Positions 28,054 through 41,613 of a stretch of 64,000 nucleotides of DNA are shown one piece after another. Source of the DNA: the human T2T-CHM13v2.0 reference genome, Homo sapiens. Under the pieces are notes generated by a model, which worked only from the letters and a program-made list of their open reading frames with translations, did no database searches and had not been told where the DNA came from. Every line of letters starts with the position of its first letter. The stretch's first letter is position 1. The position numbers and the translations under genes were made by a program. The stretch lies in NCBI RefSeq assembly GCF_009914755.1, contig NC_060925.1. The stretch is one strand, 5' to 3'.

Positions 28054-31000
28054 CCAGCTTCTCTTGTGCTAATGCAGTCTTGCTTTCAGGCTTCTCTGAC
28101 CACCTCATAAACTAATACGCACTGAGATTTTTTTATTAATGCTGATAGAGATTATTATCACCACAGTAAAGTGATTAAGTCACTTCAAAAGATAAAGAAA
28201 GTAAAAATAAATCATTGCCTTATTTGATATTGTATTGAGGAACTTTAATAACTTGAATTTCATCTTCTATCATGGTATGGTGCTGCTTGTGAGTGTATTT
28301 GGGTCACTAATATGTTGGATCATCAATAACATATCTTTTTCCACTAGAATCTGATGACTACTTTATTTGTGCCTCACTGTGATTTAAACTTCTTATATAA
28401 GTTAACAAATTGCCTTAATTCTGCAAGAAAGTACAAGAAACAAATTTTATTTTCAGAGTATTTTATTACCTTGCTGTATCTTGTTTCTCTATATGTCTAT
28501 AGTTTCATTAATTTTATTTTCCTAATTTTTCTACATTTTAAAATAGAATGTTAGTTTATTTTATGTTTTCTATAACCTTTAACTTTGCATAGTGTTCCCC
28601 AACTTAGCATATTTATCTTTTCTATTTTCTATATATTTGCATTTCTCATTCTTTGCAAAATTTTTATAGCTTTATAGCTAACCAGCTATTTTAGCATTGA
28701 GTGGAAAATAACTTTAACACTTTTTTTCTACAAAAGTGATAGCTTCTCAATTTTAGATTTCTTGTTATCACTTAAATACTATATTCTAGTTATCATTTAT
28801 AAAGAATAAATAAGAACCTAACAAAATCAGTTATAATAGCTGTACTTACCTTGGCTAAAGATGTAAATCAAATTACCCTGACATACAATTTCTGTATGTT
28901 TGCTAGGGATAGTAATTTTAAATGTCTCTAATGGAAGGATTCTCATTAAAAAGCAATAAATATTAAGTACTGGCTAACTTCACAAGTCAAACTTGATAAT
29001 TCTATGGCAGTGTGGTAGTACCTGCACAATTACCTACACAATTCAATAATGTTTCTTCCTCTACAACCCATAAGCCCAATATTAGGTAGCTAATAATACA
29101 GTAAAATGAACCTTCTCCCATTATTTTAAGTAGTTAAAGTAGGTATCCCAATGATAAATTTAATTACCTGAAGAATTTCTAAGCTTTTGGAAAGTATACA
29201 CGTATACAACTTCCTCAATCAGAGTTGAGTGATATGTCCCACAATGGAAAGTTGCAGATACTAAGTTTCTTTCCATCTTAAGAGAGAGCTTTGGTCACTG
29301 ATCAAACTTTGCCATCTTAAACTCATTTTAAAAACAAAAAACACAGAAGACTTAGAAGAGAGGAACACACTGTTTACGGTCAATAGCAGTGACATTATCC
29401 ACTATAAAACCTCCCTTTTCTGAACTTGGATATTAGCCAGCTCCTCCTGAACACCCTTATTTCTTCTCCTCTAACCTTGTCAACACATTTACCCCATGGA
29501 AAATGACAGGAAGTGACTAACATTTCCAGACAACACTAATCATGCCCCTGAACTAAAATAATGAAAACAGGAAAACCTATTCCAGACAAAGTAACAATAC
29601 AGAGTTCTGTATTATCAATCAAAGTATCTTATAAACAGAATGCTCCAAATTCCTTGCCTTCCACCATGATATTGTTTTACATTGCTGTTTTCCAATTCGG
29701 CATACAGACTACAGAGCTGATGTGTATTTTTTAAGTAGGTTTTAAAAATAAGTAAGTCACAGTGTCATATGCCCTCACATGCCATCCATATACAAAGAAT
29801 ACATAACCACCTACGTACTTCCATTTCACAAACACCAAGTGGGTTGAGCTTCTCCCCATAACTCCCCCAAAAAACGCTTATGATACTTGAAAACTCACCA
29901 TTTAGGTCAATTCCTTTATTTATGGTATAAATCCCCTATTTAATATAAATAGCCCTGGTAGGCATAATAGTTAAGAATTGTTAGTCTCTTTTCCCTTGGT
30001 ATAAATATGGTTATCAATACCTTATCTAAGAGCAATTTTAATTTGGAAAACAGCGTGAAGAAGAAAGAAATGGAAAAAGGTGGACCCTGGAGATTCAAAA
30101 GACAAGATTTTTTTAGTCAAAATTTTGAACAGAGTAAGACATGACAGAAAAATTCAGGCAACATTATGTCCATCTGCTTAATGTAAATATAACATATTCA
30201 TAGGATAAAGCTCAATGCCAGACACTTCCACCATTGCATGGCCCCAGCCAGCTTTGCATGGGAACTCACTGCTACCCCTACCAATCAGGGGGTAGTAGTT
30301 GGCTTTCTTTGGTAGTCCTCACCAACCTATTCTTGTACTTCCAGCTCTATTCTGTCCTCTTAGAGGTGTCAGTGGCATTCCAGGATGAAGTGGTGGGGAT
30401 CTCAGCTCTGGGAGTTCATATGCTACTGGTGCTGATTGCCAACCTGCAACAGCCATTAGAGTCCAAGGGATAATGAGAGTAAGGAGACTTCTATCAAGTT
30501 CAGCCAGCTGAAACCATGCATCTAAAATGCTATGGGAAGAAGAGGCAGGGATCAGACAGGAGCAGAAAATAGAAGTAAAAAAGAGAGCTGATGGCCCAGG
30601 GTTTTTAGCTGCTAAACCAAGCCTTCTATTGCCAACATGCTCTGGCCCCATGCATTTACTGGAACTCACACTACCTACTTGCCATAGGCTTGAAAAAAGG
30701 AAAGAAAGGAAAGCAGACTCTAGCAAACTTCTCTGAATGTCCACAGCACACAGGATGTGCCTGATTTACGGAATCTTACAGTGAGGAGTGACTGTAAGAA
30801 AAAGCAATTTGCCCGTGACTTATAAGAGACTCAAAAAGCCCCTCACTCCTACTCTCTTTTGTTGGTAGGGGCAAGATAGAGGTCCATAAAATCCAACAGT
30901 ATAAACTTCATAAAGACTTGCCTTCTGCCTTCTGCCTTCTGTTCACCTTCTGCTATGTAACTACAGCCTCTGCCAGCAATCGAGACCTGCTTGCTACAGA

Positions 31001-32155
31001 GCACATTCTCTCAGTTCATCCTAAATTCTAGGGAATATTCTTGGCCCTGCCACTAGAACTGATCATCCCTGTTAAAGTTTCAAGGGAAATAATGCTCTTT
31101 AGCTTCATTGAAATTAAAATATTTCATATAAGTGGAGTGACAATTAAAATAATCATGGTCTTGTTACAGAATTAGATCCCATCCCTTCTCATATTTGTGC
31201 AAAAAGGTTTCTTAGGTATGGGGTCATTTCCATTGTCAAAAGGTAACCAATATATGGTATACAAATGAGAAAACATGTCTTCCATTTTACTTTCCATGAG
31301 ACAAAATTGTGCAATCAGTTACATAGCTTGTTCTTGGGCCATATTACATGTGAATGTAATATTAGATCATTAACATAATCTTTAGATCAGTGCCTTGAAA
31401 GCATCTATCAACTTTTGGAACATGACTAAGGCAGCTCTACACTGAAATCCTAAATAATAAGAATAGAATACCAGAATACTCATCCAGAATACCAGAAAAG
31501 TGTTATACATTCTAAATCTACATTTTAAAAAATGCTTTCTACATTCAATATATTATTAGCAGAGGAATATATCCAAAAAGATATATTTGCCATTTTAAAA
31601 CATACTTATATCTTGACAAAGACATTTTATAATCACTCCAGCTTTTAATAACTTGTTCCTGTTGTTTCATTCGTAAAGAAATTTGTTTTTGTTATTGTAT
31701 ATCCAAAGGCCAGAGCTCCTTTGGGAAAGGAAGTTGAATGAGCTGAAAGCAAACACGATCATGAAATAGAGTTTAAGTGTAAACACCATTTTATTTTGGC
31801 AGTACATAACTCAGAAATGTATGTAAAACAGTCATCAACCTATAGGAATCTGTATGTATGGCTAATAGGGAAACTGTGCATTAATCCTGTATTTGTTCCA
31901 CTTGTACTGTTTGCTCTACTAATTTTTCTAATCTTTATAGAAATAGGTTCCTTCTAGTTCTGAACCTGCTTCTGCCCTAAGTTAACCATAGCTTATTATT
32001 TCTACTATCTTTTTGTGCTACTAAATCAATGCTCACACTGTTGGATAAAACCATCTGAGGTATGTTCTAAACTTTCCTGCATTCTATGAATGGCCATTTA
32101 GAGTAAAAATTGAGGATTTTTTTTATAACTCTCTTTTTTTTTCTTTAATTTGCAG

Positions 32156-32199
32156 CTTTAAGGATGAGAATGGCAAAGCTGGGAAAAAAGGTGATCTAA
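32156..32199 (+). CDS. PALMD: Palmdelphin terminal exon 8, coding part (ALRMRMAKLGKKVI*)
   Basis: long polypyrimidine tract with tgcag| acceptor; phase 1; TAA at 32197-32199. Confidence 0.96.
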
Positions 32200-32492
32200 G
32201 AGTTGTACCACCTATATAAACATCCTTTGAAGAAGAAACTAAGAAGCATTTGCAAATTTCTCTTCTGGATATTTTGTTTATTTTTTCTGAAGTCCAAAAA
32301 ATTATCATTACAGTGTACCATATTAAGCCATGTGAATAAGTAGTAGTCATTATTTGTGAAAAATTCCCAAAAAGCTGGGGAAAACAAATGTGTAACTTTT
32401 CCAGTTACTTGACACGATTCAGTGGGGGAAAACCAGCATTTTTTATTCTATTGATACCAAAGCATTTCTAATAAGAGCTTGTTAAATTTAAG

Positions 32493-32654
32493 AATAAAGT
32501 TATTTAAAATATTCTGAGTATAGTATATTAACTGGCATTGTAATTTTGATGATACAAAGATTGAAAGATCATAGGAAAGCATTGCCCTTCATCACAGAAG
32601 TATTCAACTCTGACAAATAAATATGTCATCCTGAATTAATAATGCCTTAATAAA
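32493..32654 (+). terminator. PALMD: PALMD 3'UTR polyadenylation signals (AATAAA at 32493, 32616, 32649)
   Basis: three canonical hexamers 0.3-0.45 kb after the stop; GT-rich element (gttggtttggt) downstream of the last one. Confidence 0.75.
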
Positions 32655-32966
32655 AGTACATCCTCCTGCTAACTATCACTTCAGTTGGTTTGGTAGAGAC
32701 TTCAAACCCTTGCACATATCCAAAAGGTGCATCCCGTAATGATCCTCAGATTTGGGGTCTGAGTTTGGATAGTCCGGCCAGTGCACAGATGATAACCGGC
32801 ACATTCATTCTTCTTAAATTATCATCCTTTCTTTCACTCAGTTCAATGTGAACCCTGTGGTGCAATGACAGACTATGACCTCAGGGTGTTGGATAGAGGA
32901 TGTCCCATACCCTCAAAGAGCACAGATCTGGTCTAATATTTCACTGATTCTTGTGAACAAGTTAGA

Positions 32967-33181
32967 CAGGGGTGGCCCATCTTTTGGCTTCCCTGAGCCA
33001 CATTGGAAGAATTGTCTGGGCCACACATAAAATACACGAACACTAACAGTAGCTGATGATCTAAAAAAAAACGCAAAATAATCTCATACTGTTTTAATAA
33101 AGTTTATGAATTTGTGTTGGGATGCATTCAAAGCCATCCTGGGCCACATGCGGCCCGCGGGCGGCAGGTTGGGCAAGCTTG
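32967..33181. mobile_element. MER30 (hAT-Charlie)
   Basis: cagggg..atcttttggcttccctg..ccacattggaagaattgtc..cattcaaagccatcctgggccacatgcggccc..caagcttg. Confidence 0.85.
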
Positions 33182-34091
33182 AGTTCGAATCTTAATATTA
33201 AAACTAATAGGAATGTTTACAGCATATTACTTCTAAGTATTCTTGCCAAGATATTCAATCCTAATTTGAAGCAGAGTACTCCCATGACAATAAATTCTTT
33301 CCTACCCTGCCTTATTTTACGTCCCTCCTTCAAACCCCCTCGAGATCCACTCCTACACACCTTCCCCTGAATCATGCCAGTATATATTATCCAGCTCATC
33401 CAAGTCTTTCCATGAGAGTCTGTTTCCTCCCAGGACAGAAACTGAATTTCCCTGCTGGGACTATGTATGATCAGACTTTATCTTAATTATTGGTCTGAAG
33501 GTAATGAGAGGTCAGAGAAGCAGATGATTCTGAGGAGGACATGCATTAACCTGCAAAGCCTCCATTCCAGCTGAGTGGTTTTGCAAGGGGCAGCTGTTCT
33601 CTAGCGGGAGAGAGCTACTTCTGGTGGCCTGAAATGTTCTGGGAAACCTGGAGGTTCAAATTTTTGAAGTAAATTACTTTCAACAAATATCCCTATTCCA
33701 GGTCCAGGGACTCTTTCCCTTTCATGGCTCTAAGTTTAGCATAAGTGACCTCTCAAACCTGCACGTTCCTTTGTTGCCCTGCCACCCTTAGGATTGAAGC
33801 ATGGGTTTTATTTTCACACAGTTTGCCTTCTGTCTACAGCAGACATAGTTCTCTTTAAACATTGCCATGATGCCTGCCTGGCTTTCTGGAATGCCCCGAA
33901 ATAGTTGGCTGGTCTGAGCCTAATTCTTTTTCTTCAAAGATTCTAAGGCAATTATCAAAAAGCAGCCAACTTCACAGCACATGTCAGTACATGATAATAT
34001 TTTGCCCCATACTAGTCAAGTGCAGAGCTACTTTATAACCTACCTCTTCCCTTTTTACCTGTACCTCATCTCAATCCAGTATAAGGGAGAG

Positions 34092-34398
34092 TCTTAGTAA
34101 CTATAATAGTACAGAGACAAGGTACTGCCTTCTGTTCACCTTCTGCTATGTAACTACAGCCTTTCCAGCAATCGAGACCTACTTAGCAGGTATTTTGTAC
34201 CTGAGTACAAACCATGGGTTATAACTGAACACAATTTGCTGCTCATATTGGTCCAGGTTTGGCTATTAAAATCTCATTCAGTTGGCTCCTGTGCCCCTTT
34301 GACTTATCCATATAAGTGATTTTGCTTAGTTACTTCCTTACTTTCTGGCATTACAAGATTACCCAGTCTCAGCTTCTTAGTAACTATAATAGTACAGA
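34092..34398. repeat. Composite locally templated insertion flanked by 24-bp direct repeats
   Basis: patches match 30932-30992 and 35910-36091. Confidence 0.9.
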
Positions 34399-36377
34399 CA
34401 GCCAAAGGTTGTTACCATTAACTTATCACACAGTCCTCATTGCCCTCTGACCAGTGAGTGGACTGTCCAGTTCCAGAGTCCCATTCAGAGCATCTGCTCT
34501 GTAGAGCCACTCTTGGTTCCAACAAGAAGTACAGCCTGAAATTAGGACTTGGGTACAGTAGTTTGAGAAGTGATCCCAGGAGTAGGAAGAAAAGCACAGG
34601 AAAGAATGGTAAATATAATGGTATGTAATAGAAGTCAATGCTTTAGGCACCAGAGACTGAATTTTACTATAATCTCAAAAAGAGTGTACAGAAAGCAGCT
34701 AACATTGTCTGTCTGAAGGAGAGAACTTTAGGGCATTTATCCACCAGCTCAGGTCCCTCATTGAATGAGGGAGCATAAATTCCCCCACACTTCTGGATTG
34801 CACTTGCATGAGAGTCACACAGGTTGCCTTAGTGCCCAGAGTGAAAAGAAGAAAGAAGCACGGAACATGCCTCTAGAAGGATGGTAAGTCTGAACTCACT
34901 TGGAACTGTCCACTGCAGCTATGGTGCTGCAAAAATGGACCATGGGGAAATGACACAGGCACCAACAGTGTCTGCCACACTAGCTGTATAACCCTGGGCA
35001 ACAAACAACTTACCTGAGCCTGTATCCTTATCTATAAAATGAGGTACATGTCACCTGTCTAACACAGTCATGTGAGGACTCAATTTGTCAGCGAATTAAA
35101 AGAACCAGGTGTCCTGCCCATCATCAAGTCTGGCTGAGGTGTCACACATGAAGGTAGACACCATATACCCTTATCATTTCATATCTTGGTGTTTTGTATG
35201 TTTAGTGCTCATTTTAGGTCAATGGGGCATTTCAAGTTAAGTGGAGTAGAAGTAAGTAAAGGAAAAGTTTGGGGAAGGGTAAGTGAAATAATAGTTCAGG
35301 GTATTTTTTTCCCAGAGACATTCAGTTGGTCCAGCTCTATTTGTTGAAACACTATTATTTTTCACATTGAATTACCTGGACCCGTTTGTTAATTAGTTGG
35401 TCCTAGAAGTGAGATCCTACATATGGAGTCTCTGCTCTATTCCATTCATCTGCATATCTCTCATGAATACTGCACACTTTATTTATACTGGTTAATATTG
35501 TAGTTTTATAATAAATATTGGAATCGAGTCGGGTTAGGTCCTCCAATCTTATCTTGTTTTTTTAATACACTTTAAAAACAGTTTTAGATTAACAGAAAAA
35601 TTGAGAAGACAGCACAAAATTACCACATACCCTGTACCCAGATTTTCCTATTTTAACTTCTTACATTAGCATTGTACATCTGTTACAATTAACAATCCAG
35701 TAGTGATACAATATTATTAACTAAAGTCTCAAACTTTATTCAGATTCCCTTAGTCTTTAGCTAATGTCCTTTTTCTGTTCCAAAATCCCAAAAAGAAAAC
35801 CATGGTACTTTTAGTTGTCATGTCTCCTTTTGCTCTGCTTGGCTGTGACTCTTTTTCAGACTTTCCTCGTATTTGGATGACCTTGACAGTTCTGAAAATT
35901 GCTGAGTATGTATTTTGTACCAGGGTACAAACCATGGGTTATAATCCAACACAACTTGCTGCTCAAGTTGGTCCAGCTTTGGCTGTTGAAAGCTCATTCA
36001 GTAGGCTCCTGTGCCCCTTTGACATATCCCTGTAAGTGATTTTGCTTTGTTTTTTCCTTACTTTCTGGCACTACAAGATGACCCAGTCTCATCCTATGTA
36101 TTTCTTACCCCAGTTCTGGAATCAGCAACTTATCCAAGAGTTTCTGTTGCTTTTATTGGAGAATGATACAGAAAACAAAATCTGGGCACTAGGCATGCTC
36201 ATTGCTACTTTGTCTTTTTAAATATTGTCTTGACCATTTAAGGTTCTTTGTCTTCCCATGTGAATTTTAGAATCAGTCTGTAAACCCCTTCAAATGAGGC
36301 TGCTAGGCTTTTGATTGGAATTAAATTTATAGATCAATTTGGAGAGAATTTTCATTCTAATATTGTTTGCTGATCCA

Positions 36378-37335
36378 TGACCCCAAGAAACCAAAGGGCA
36401 AGATATCTACTTATGCCTTCTTTGTGCAGATGCGCAGAGAACCTAAGAAGAAAAACCCAGTGGTCCCTGTCAATTTTGCAGAATTTTCCAAGAAGTGCTC
36501 TGAGAGGTGGAAGACCATGTCTGGGAAAGAGAAGTCTAAATTTGATGAAATGGCAAAGGCGGATAAATTATGCTATGATCAGGAAATGAAGGATTACATA
36601 CCAGCTAAGGGAGGCAAGAAGAAGGATCTTAATGCCCACAAAAGACCACCATCTGGATTCCTCCTGTTCTGTTCAGAATTCTGCCCAAGATCAAATTCAC
36701 AAAGCCTGACATCTCTATTGAAGATGTGGCAAAAAAGCTGGATGAGATGTGGAATAACTTAAATGACAGTGAAAAGGAGCCTTACCTTACTGCATTAGTC
36801 CAGTCTCATGCTGCTATGAAGAAAAACCTGAGATGGGGTAATTTATAAAGGAAGGAGGTTTAATTGACTCACAGTTCCGCATTGCTGGGGAGGCCTCAGG
36901 AAACTTACAATCATGGCAGAAGGCAAGGAAAAACAAGCACCTTCTTCACAGGGTGGCAAGATGGAGTGAGTGCCAAAAGGGGAAATGCCAGACACCTGTA
37001 AAACCATCAGATCTCATGAGAACTCACTATCACAAGAACAGCAACCGCCCCCATGATCCAATTACCTCCACCTGGTCCCACCCTTGACACGTGGGGATTA
37101 TCAGGATTACAATTCCAGGTGAGATTGGGTTGGGGTCACAGAGCCAAACCATATCAATCACCAAGGCAGCAAAGCTGAAAGAGAAGTATGAGAAGGATGT
37201 TGCTGACTACAAGTCTAGAAAGCTTGATGGTGCAAAAGGTCCTGCTAAAGTTGCCCAAAAACAAGTGGAAGAGGAAGATGAAGAAGACGAGGAGGAAGTA
37301 AAGGAGGAGGATGAATTAAAAAAACTGTTCATCTA
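36378..37335 (+). pseudogene. HMGB3 processed pseudogene (5'-truncated, frameshifted, split by an LTR)
   Basis: intronless [54 protein letters not shown] and [30 protein letters not shown] plus acidic tail; these residues are HMGB3-type rather than HMGB1/2; frameshift near 36690; start codon missing. Confidence 0.93.
36791..37156 (-). mobile_element. THE1 (THE1C/D-like) ERVL-MaLR solo LTR inserted in the HMGB3 pseudogene
   Basis: ends gccaaaccatatca (reverse complement of the TGATATGGTTTGG LTR start); typical gtttaattgactcacagttccgcat..ggggaggcctcaggaaacttacaatcatggcagaagg; degenerate 5-bp TSD cttac/atcac. Confidence 0.88.
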
Positions 37336-40300
37336 TTTTAAAAATGCTTTTCTATAATGACTTTGTGTCCTACACCTCTGATAAGTTCAATTAATTTTAG
37401 CATTTTTTAATATATTCCTTAGGATTTTCTACTTAATGATCAGGTTGTCTGCAAATAAAAACAACTTTACTTCTTCCCTAATCTTATGACTTTTATTTCA
37501 TTTCATTGCTTTATTGCACTAAGGCTTTCAGTACAATGTTACATATAAATGCAGAGAGCAGGCATTCTTTGCCTTGTTCTGATTTTTCAGAGGGGAAGTA
37601 TTATCTTTCACCATTGAATATAATTTTGGCTGTAGGTTTTTCCTGGATGCTATTTATTACGTTGAGGAAGCTTCCACTCCTAGTTTGCTAAGTTTTTACT
37701 ATGAATGTGTTTTGAATTTTGTCAAATGCTTTCTCTGCATTTACTGAGATCATCAGAAGGGTTTTCTCCTTTTTTGTCTAAACTGGTGAATTTCATTGAC
37801 AAATTTTTCAGATGTTATGCCAACAGCGCATTCTTTGCATAAATCTCATTTGGCTTTGATGTATTACTCTTTGTGTAAGTTGCAGAATTTAATTTGCTAA
37901 TATTTCATTAAGTACTTTTTTAAATTATGGATTTTCAGTTTATGGTCACGGGGAATATAGTCTGTAGTTTCCTTTTCATGTGATGCTTTTGTCTGGTTTT
38001 AGTATCAGGGTAATGCAAGCCTTATAATATTAGTTGGGTAATGTTCCCTACTGCTCTATTTTCCGAAAAAGTTTGTGTACTCTCAATATTAGTTCTTCCT
38101 AAATGTTTGCTGGAATTCATCAGTGAAGACATTTGGACCTGGAGTTTTCTTTCTGGGAAGGTTTTTTAGTTACATATACAATTTTTTAATTTTTATTTTT
38201 AATTGTGGTACAAATACATTAAGATAAAATTTACCATCCTAACCATTTTTATGTGTACAATTCAGTAGTGCTAAGAAAATTAACATTGTTGTGCAACAGA
38301 GCCCTAGAACTTTTTCCTCTTGCAACACTGAAACTCTATACCCACTGAACATCATCTCCCCATTTCTCCTTTCCCATCCCTGGCAACCACCATCCTACTT
38401 TCTGTTTCTATGAGTTTGACTACTTTCAATACCTCATCTAAGCGGAACCATACAGTATTTTTCTTTTTGTGATGGCTTATTTCACTTAGCTTCACGCTGT
38501 CCAGGTTCACTCCTGTCGTTGCATGTGACAGAATTTCCTTATTTTTTAAGGCTGAATAATATTTTACGATGTGTTTATACCACATTTTCTTCATCCATAC
38601 ATGGGCATTTGAGTCGCTTCTGCCTCTTGGCTATTGTGAATAATGCTACAATGAACATGATGTGCAAATATTTCATAGAGATCTCACTTTCAATACTTTT
38701 GGGTATATATCCAGAAGTGGAATTGCTGGATCATATGGTAATTCTATTTTTAATTTTTTTGAGGAACATCCATACTCTTTTCTGTAACCGTTGTTCCATT
38801 ACATATTCCAACCAACAATGCACAAGGGTTGCAATTTCTACAAATCCTCACCAGCACTTGTTATTTTCTGGGGTTTTTTTATAGTAACCATTTTCATGGA
38901 TATGAGGTGATATCTCATTGTGGTTTTGATTTGCATTTCTCAATTATTAACAATTTTAAACATCTTTTCATACGTTCGTCAGCCATATGTGTATCTTCTT
39001 TGGAGAAATATCTATTCAAGTCCTTTGCCCATTTTTAAATTTTGTTACTTGGTTTTTTATTGTTGGGTTGCAGGAATTCCTTATATATTCTGCATATTAA
39101 CACCTTATCAGATATAAGATTTGCAATTATTTTCTCCCATTCTGTGGGTTGCTTTTCACTCTATTTCTTTTGATATATAGGAGTTTTGAGGTTTGATGTA
39201 GTCCCATTTGTCTATTTTTGCTTTGTTGCCTATGCCTTTTGTTGTCATATCCAAGAAGTTGTATGACTAAATCCAATGTCATGAGCTTTTTCCCCATGTT
39301 TTCTTCTAGGAGTACAGTTTTAGGTCTTCAGCTTAGGCCTTTCATCAATTTGAATTAATTTTTGTATATAATGTAACATAAAGGGCTCACTTCATTCTTT
39401 TGTATACGGATATTCAGTTTTTCCAACACCATTTGTTGAAGAGACTGCCCATTCCCCACTGAGTGATCCTGGCACCCTCATCAAAGATCATTTGACCATA
39501 GACAAGAGGGCTTATTTCAGGGCTGTCTGTTCCATTCGCTGATCTATATGTCTGTTTTTATGCCAGTACCACACTATTTTGATTATTGTAGCTTTGTAAT
39601 ATGTATGTAATTCAAAAATCACAAAGGGTATAGATATAGAAAATTGTACTTTTTGATAAAAATGCAGATATTCCTCACTAAAAATATATACTCTTCCTGT
39701 GTTAATTCTTCCAGCATAGAAATCTTTAAATGACTATTATATAATTCATACCTTAGAGGTAAAGGTGGTGTATATTTATGCAAATTCTCTGCATCCTTCT
39801 CAATACTTATTACCTTTTTTTATTACAGCCATTCCAATACAACATTGATGCAAAGTGACGAGAACAGACATACACTTGTCCTGTTCCTGATCATAGGGGC
39901 AAAGTGTTCAGTCATTCACCATTAAGTGATGTCAGTTGTAGGTTTTCCTTAGATGCTTTTTATCAGGCTTCACACGTGTTCAAGGGTCAACCAGAGAGAG
40001 ATGTGGGCAAACAGGATTGGGGATCCCCTCTCTAGCATTTTCCTTTTCAGGATCACCCACTGACTCCAGCAGCTTCAGTTGCCCCGGCCATCAGTCCTCT
40101 GATTTCCTATGCTAGAGAAACTGCAGGTTTTCCACTGGATCCTCTGCCACCCAGCACTCTACTGACTACAACTGCCCTGATGCTAAAATGTAGAAACAGA
40201 GCTCACTCCAAATAGTTTTCCTCCTCTGCATGTGGATTTCTCTCCAGGAATCTTCCTAGAATTGTTAGAATTCTTTCTATATTCGATACTATAGAAATAC

Positions 40301-41613
40301 GTATTCTTATTTCTTATGTGATTTGCAGATACAAATACATTCTCCCAGTCTGTGGGCTGTCTTCATATTCTTGATGCTGTCATTTGAAGCACTTAAGTAT
40401 TTATTTATAGCATAGTCCAATATAATCTTTTTTTTCCTTTATCCCTGTACTTTTTGTATTATATCTAAGAAATCAATGCTTAACCCAAGGTCACAAAGAT
40501 TTAGCCCTGTGTTCACTCTCTGAGGCCTTCAGGCAGCTGCTTTCTGAAGTTTACACTGGTTTTGTGGAGAAGGGTTGATTTGGTAGGCTCTTACTCAGAC
40601 ATTACATGCCATGCAAGTCAGATATTTAGAATGTGTGATTTCAGGAAATTCTTATCCCAAGAGTTTGACTATCATACATCAATGTCTAATTGAAAAATCC
40701 AAAAGTGTGTTTAGGTCTTCATAGAAAACCCAGAGCACAGTACAATTTCTTTTACATGTGAATAAGATATCACATGAAAAAGATATACTCTTTAGCACAT
40801 GCTCTAGGAACTTCCTCTCCCCTAAAACAGAGGTATATGACCAGGCATAATATACAATTACATTAACTTCTTTGACAACAAAATAATAAATTAGATGGAT
40901 ACCAAATTTATGGCCAGCAATACCCCCAGTTTTTTTCTACCCAAAGTGATAATCCAAGAGCAGTAACAAGATAATCTTTTTACTGAGATGAAATTCACAT
41001 AATGTGAAACTATTTTAAAGTGGACGCTCAGTGACATTTCTTATATTCACAATTTGTCAACTACCACCTCTATTTAGTCCCAAGACATTTCACCCCAAAA
41101 TAAAACCTTATACTAATTAAGCAATTACTTTCTATTCCCTTCTTGCCCCACACCCAGTGCCTGGTAACCATCAATCTCTCTTCTCTCTATTGACTTACCT
41201 ATTCTGGATATTTTATATAAATGTAATCATAAAATGTAAATTTTGTGTCTGACTTCTTTTACTTAACACAATGTTTGGAGGTTCATCCACATTATAGCAT
41301 GTATCAGCACTCTATTCCTTTTTATAGCTGAATAATATTCCATTGTATTTATATACCACAATTTATCTGTTCATCAGTTGATGGATATGTGGGCTGTTTC
41401 CATCATTTGGTTACTGTGAATAGCACTGCTATGAACATTAGCTTTTTTCCACTTTTTTTATTGTGGCAAAAAATACATAATAATGATAAATGCTATTAAA
41501 GTACAGTTCAGTACATTACGCATATCCACAGTGTTGTACAACCATCACTACTATCCATCTCTGAAACTTTTTATCTTCCTTAACAAACTTTGTGCCCATT
41601 AAACCCTAACCTT

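Noticed and set aside
36367-36762. Functional HMG-box gene
   Set aside because: Native ATG missing, frameshift in box B, LTR insertion and substitutions at conserved residues indicate a pseudogene.
37540-39970. Similarity between ~37540-37660 and ~39850-39970
   Set aside because: Both are the same part of L1 ORF2 but strongly diverged with gaps, so independent L1 fragments are a better explanation than local copying.
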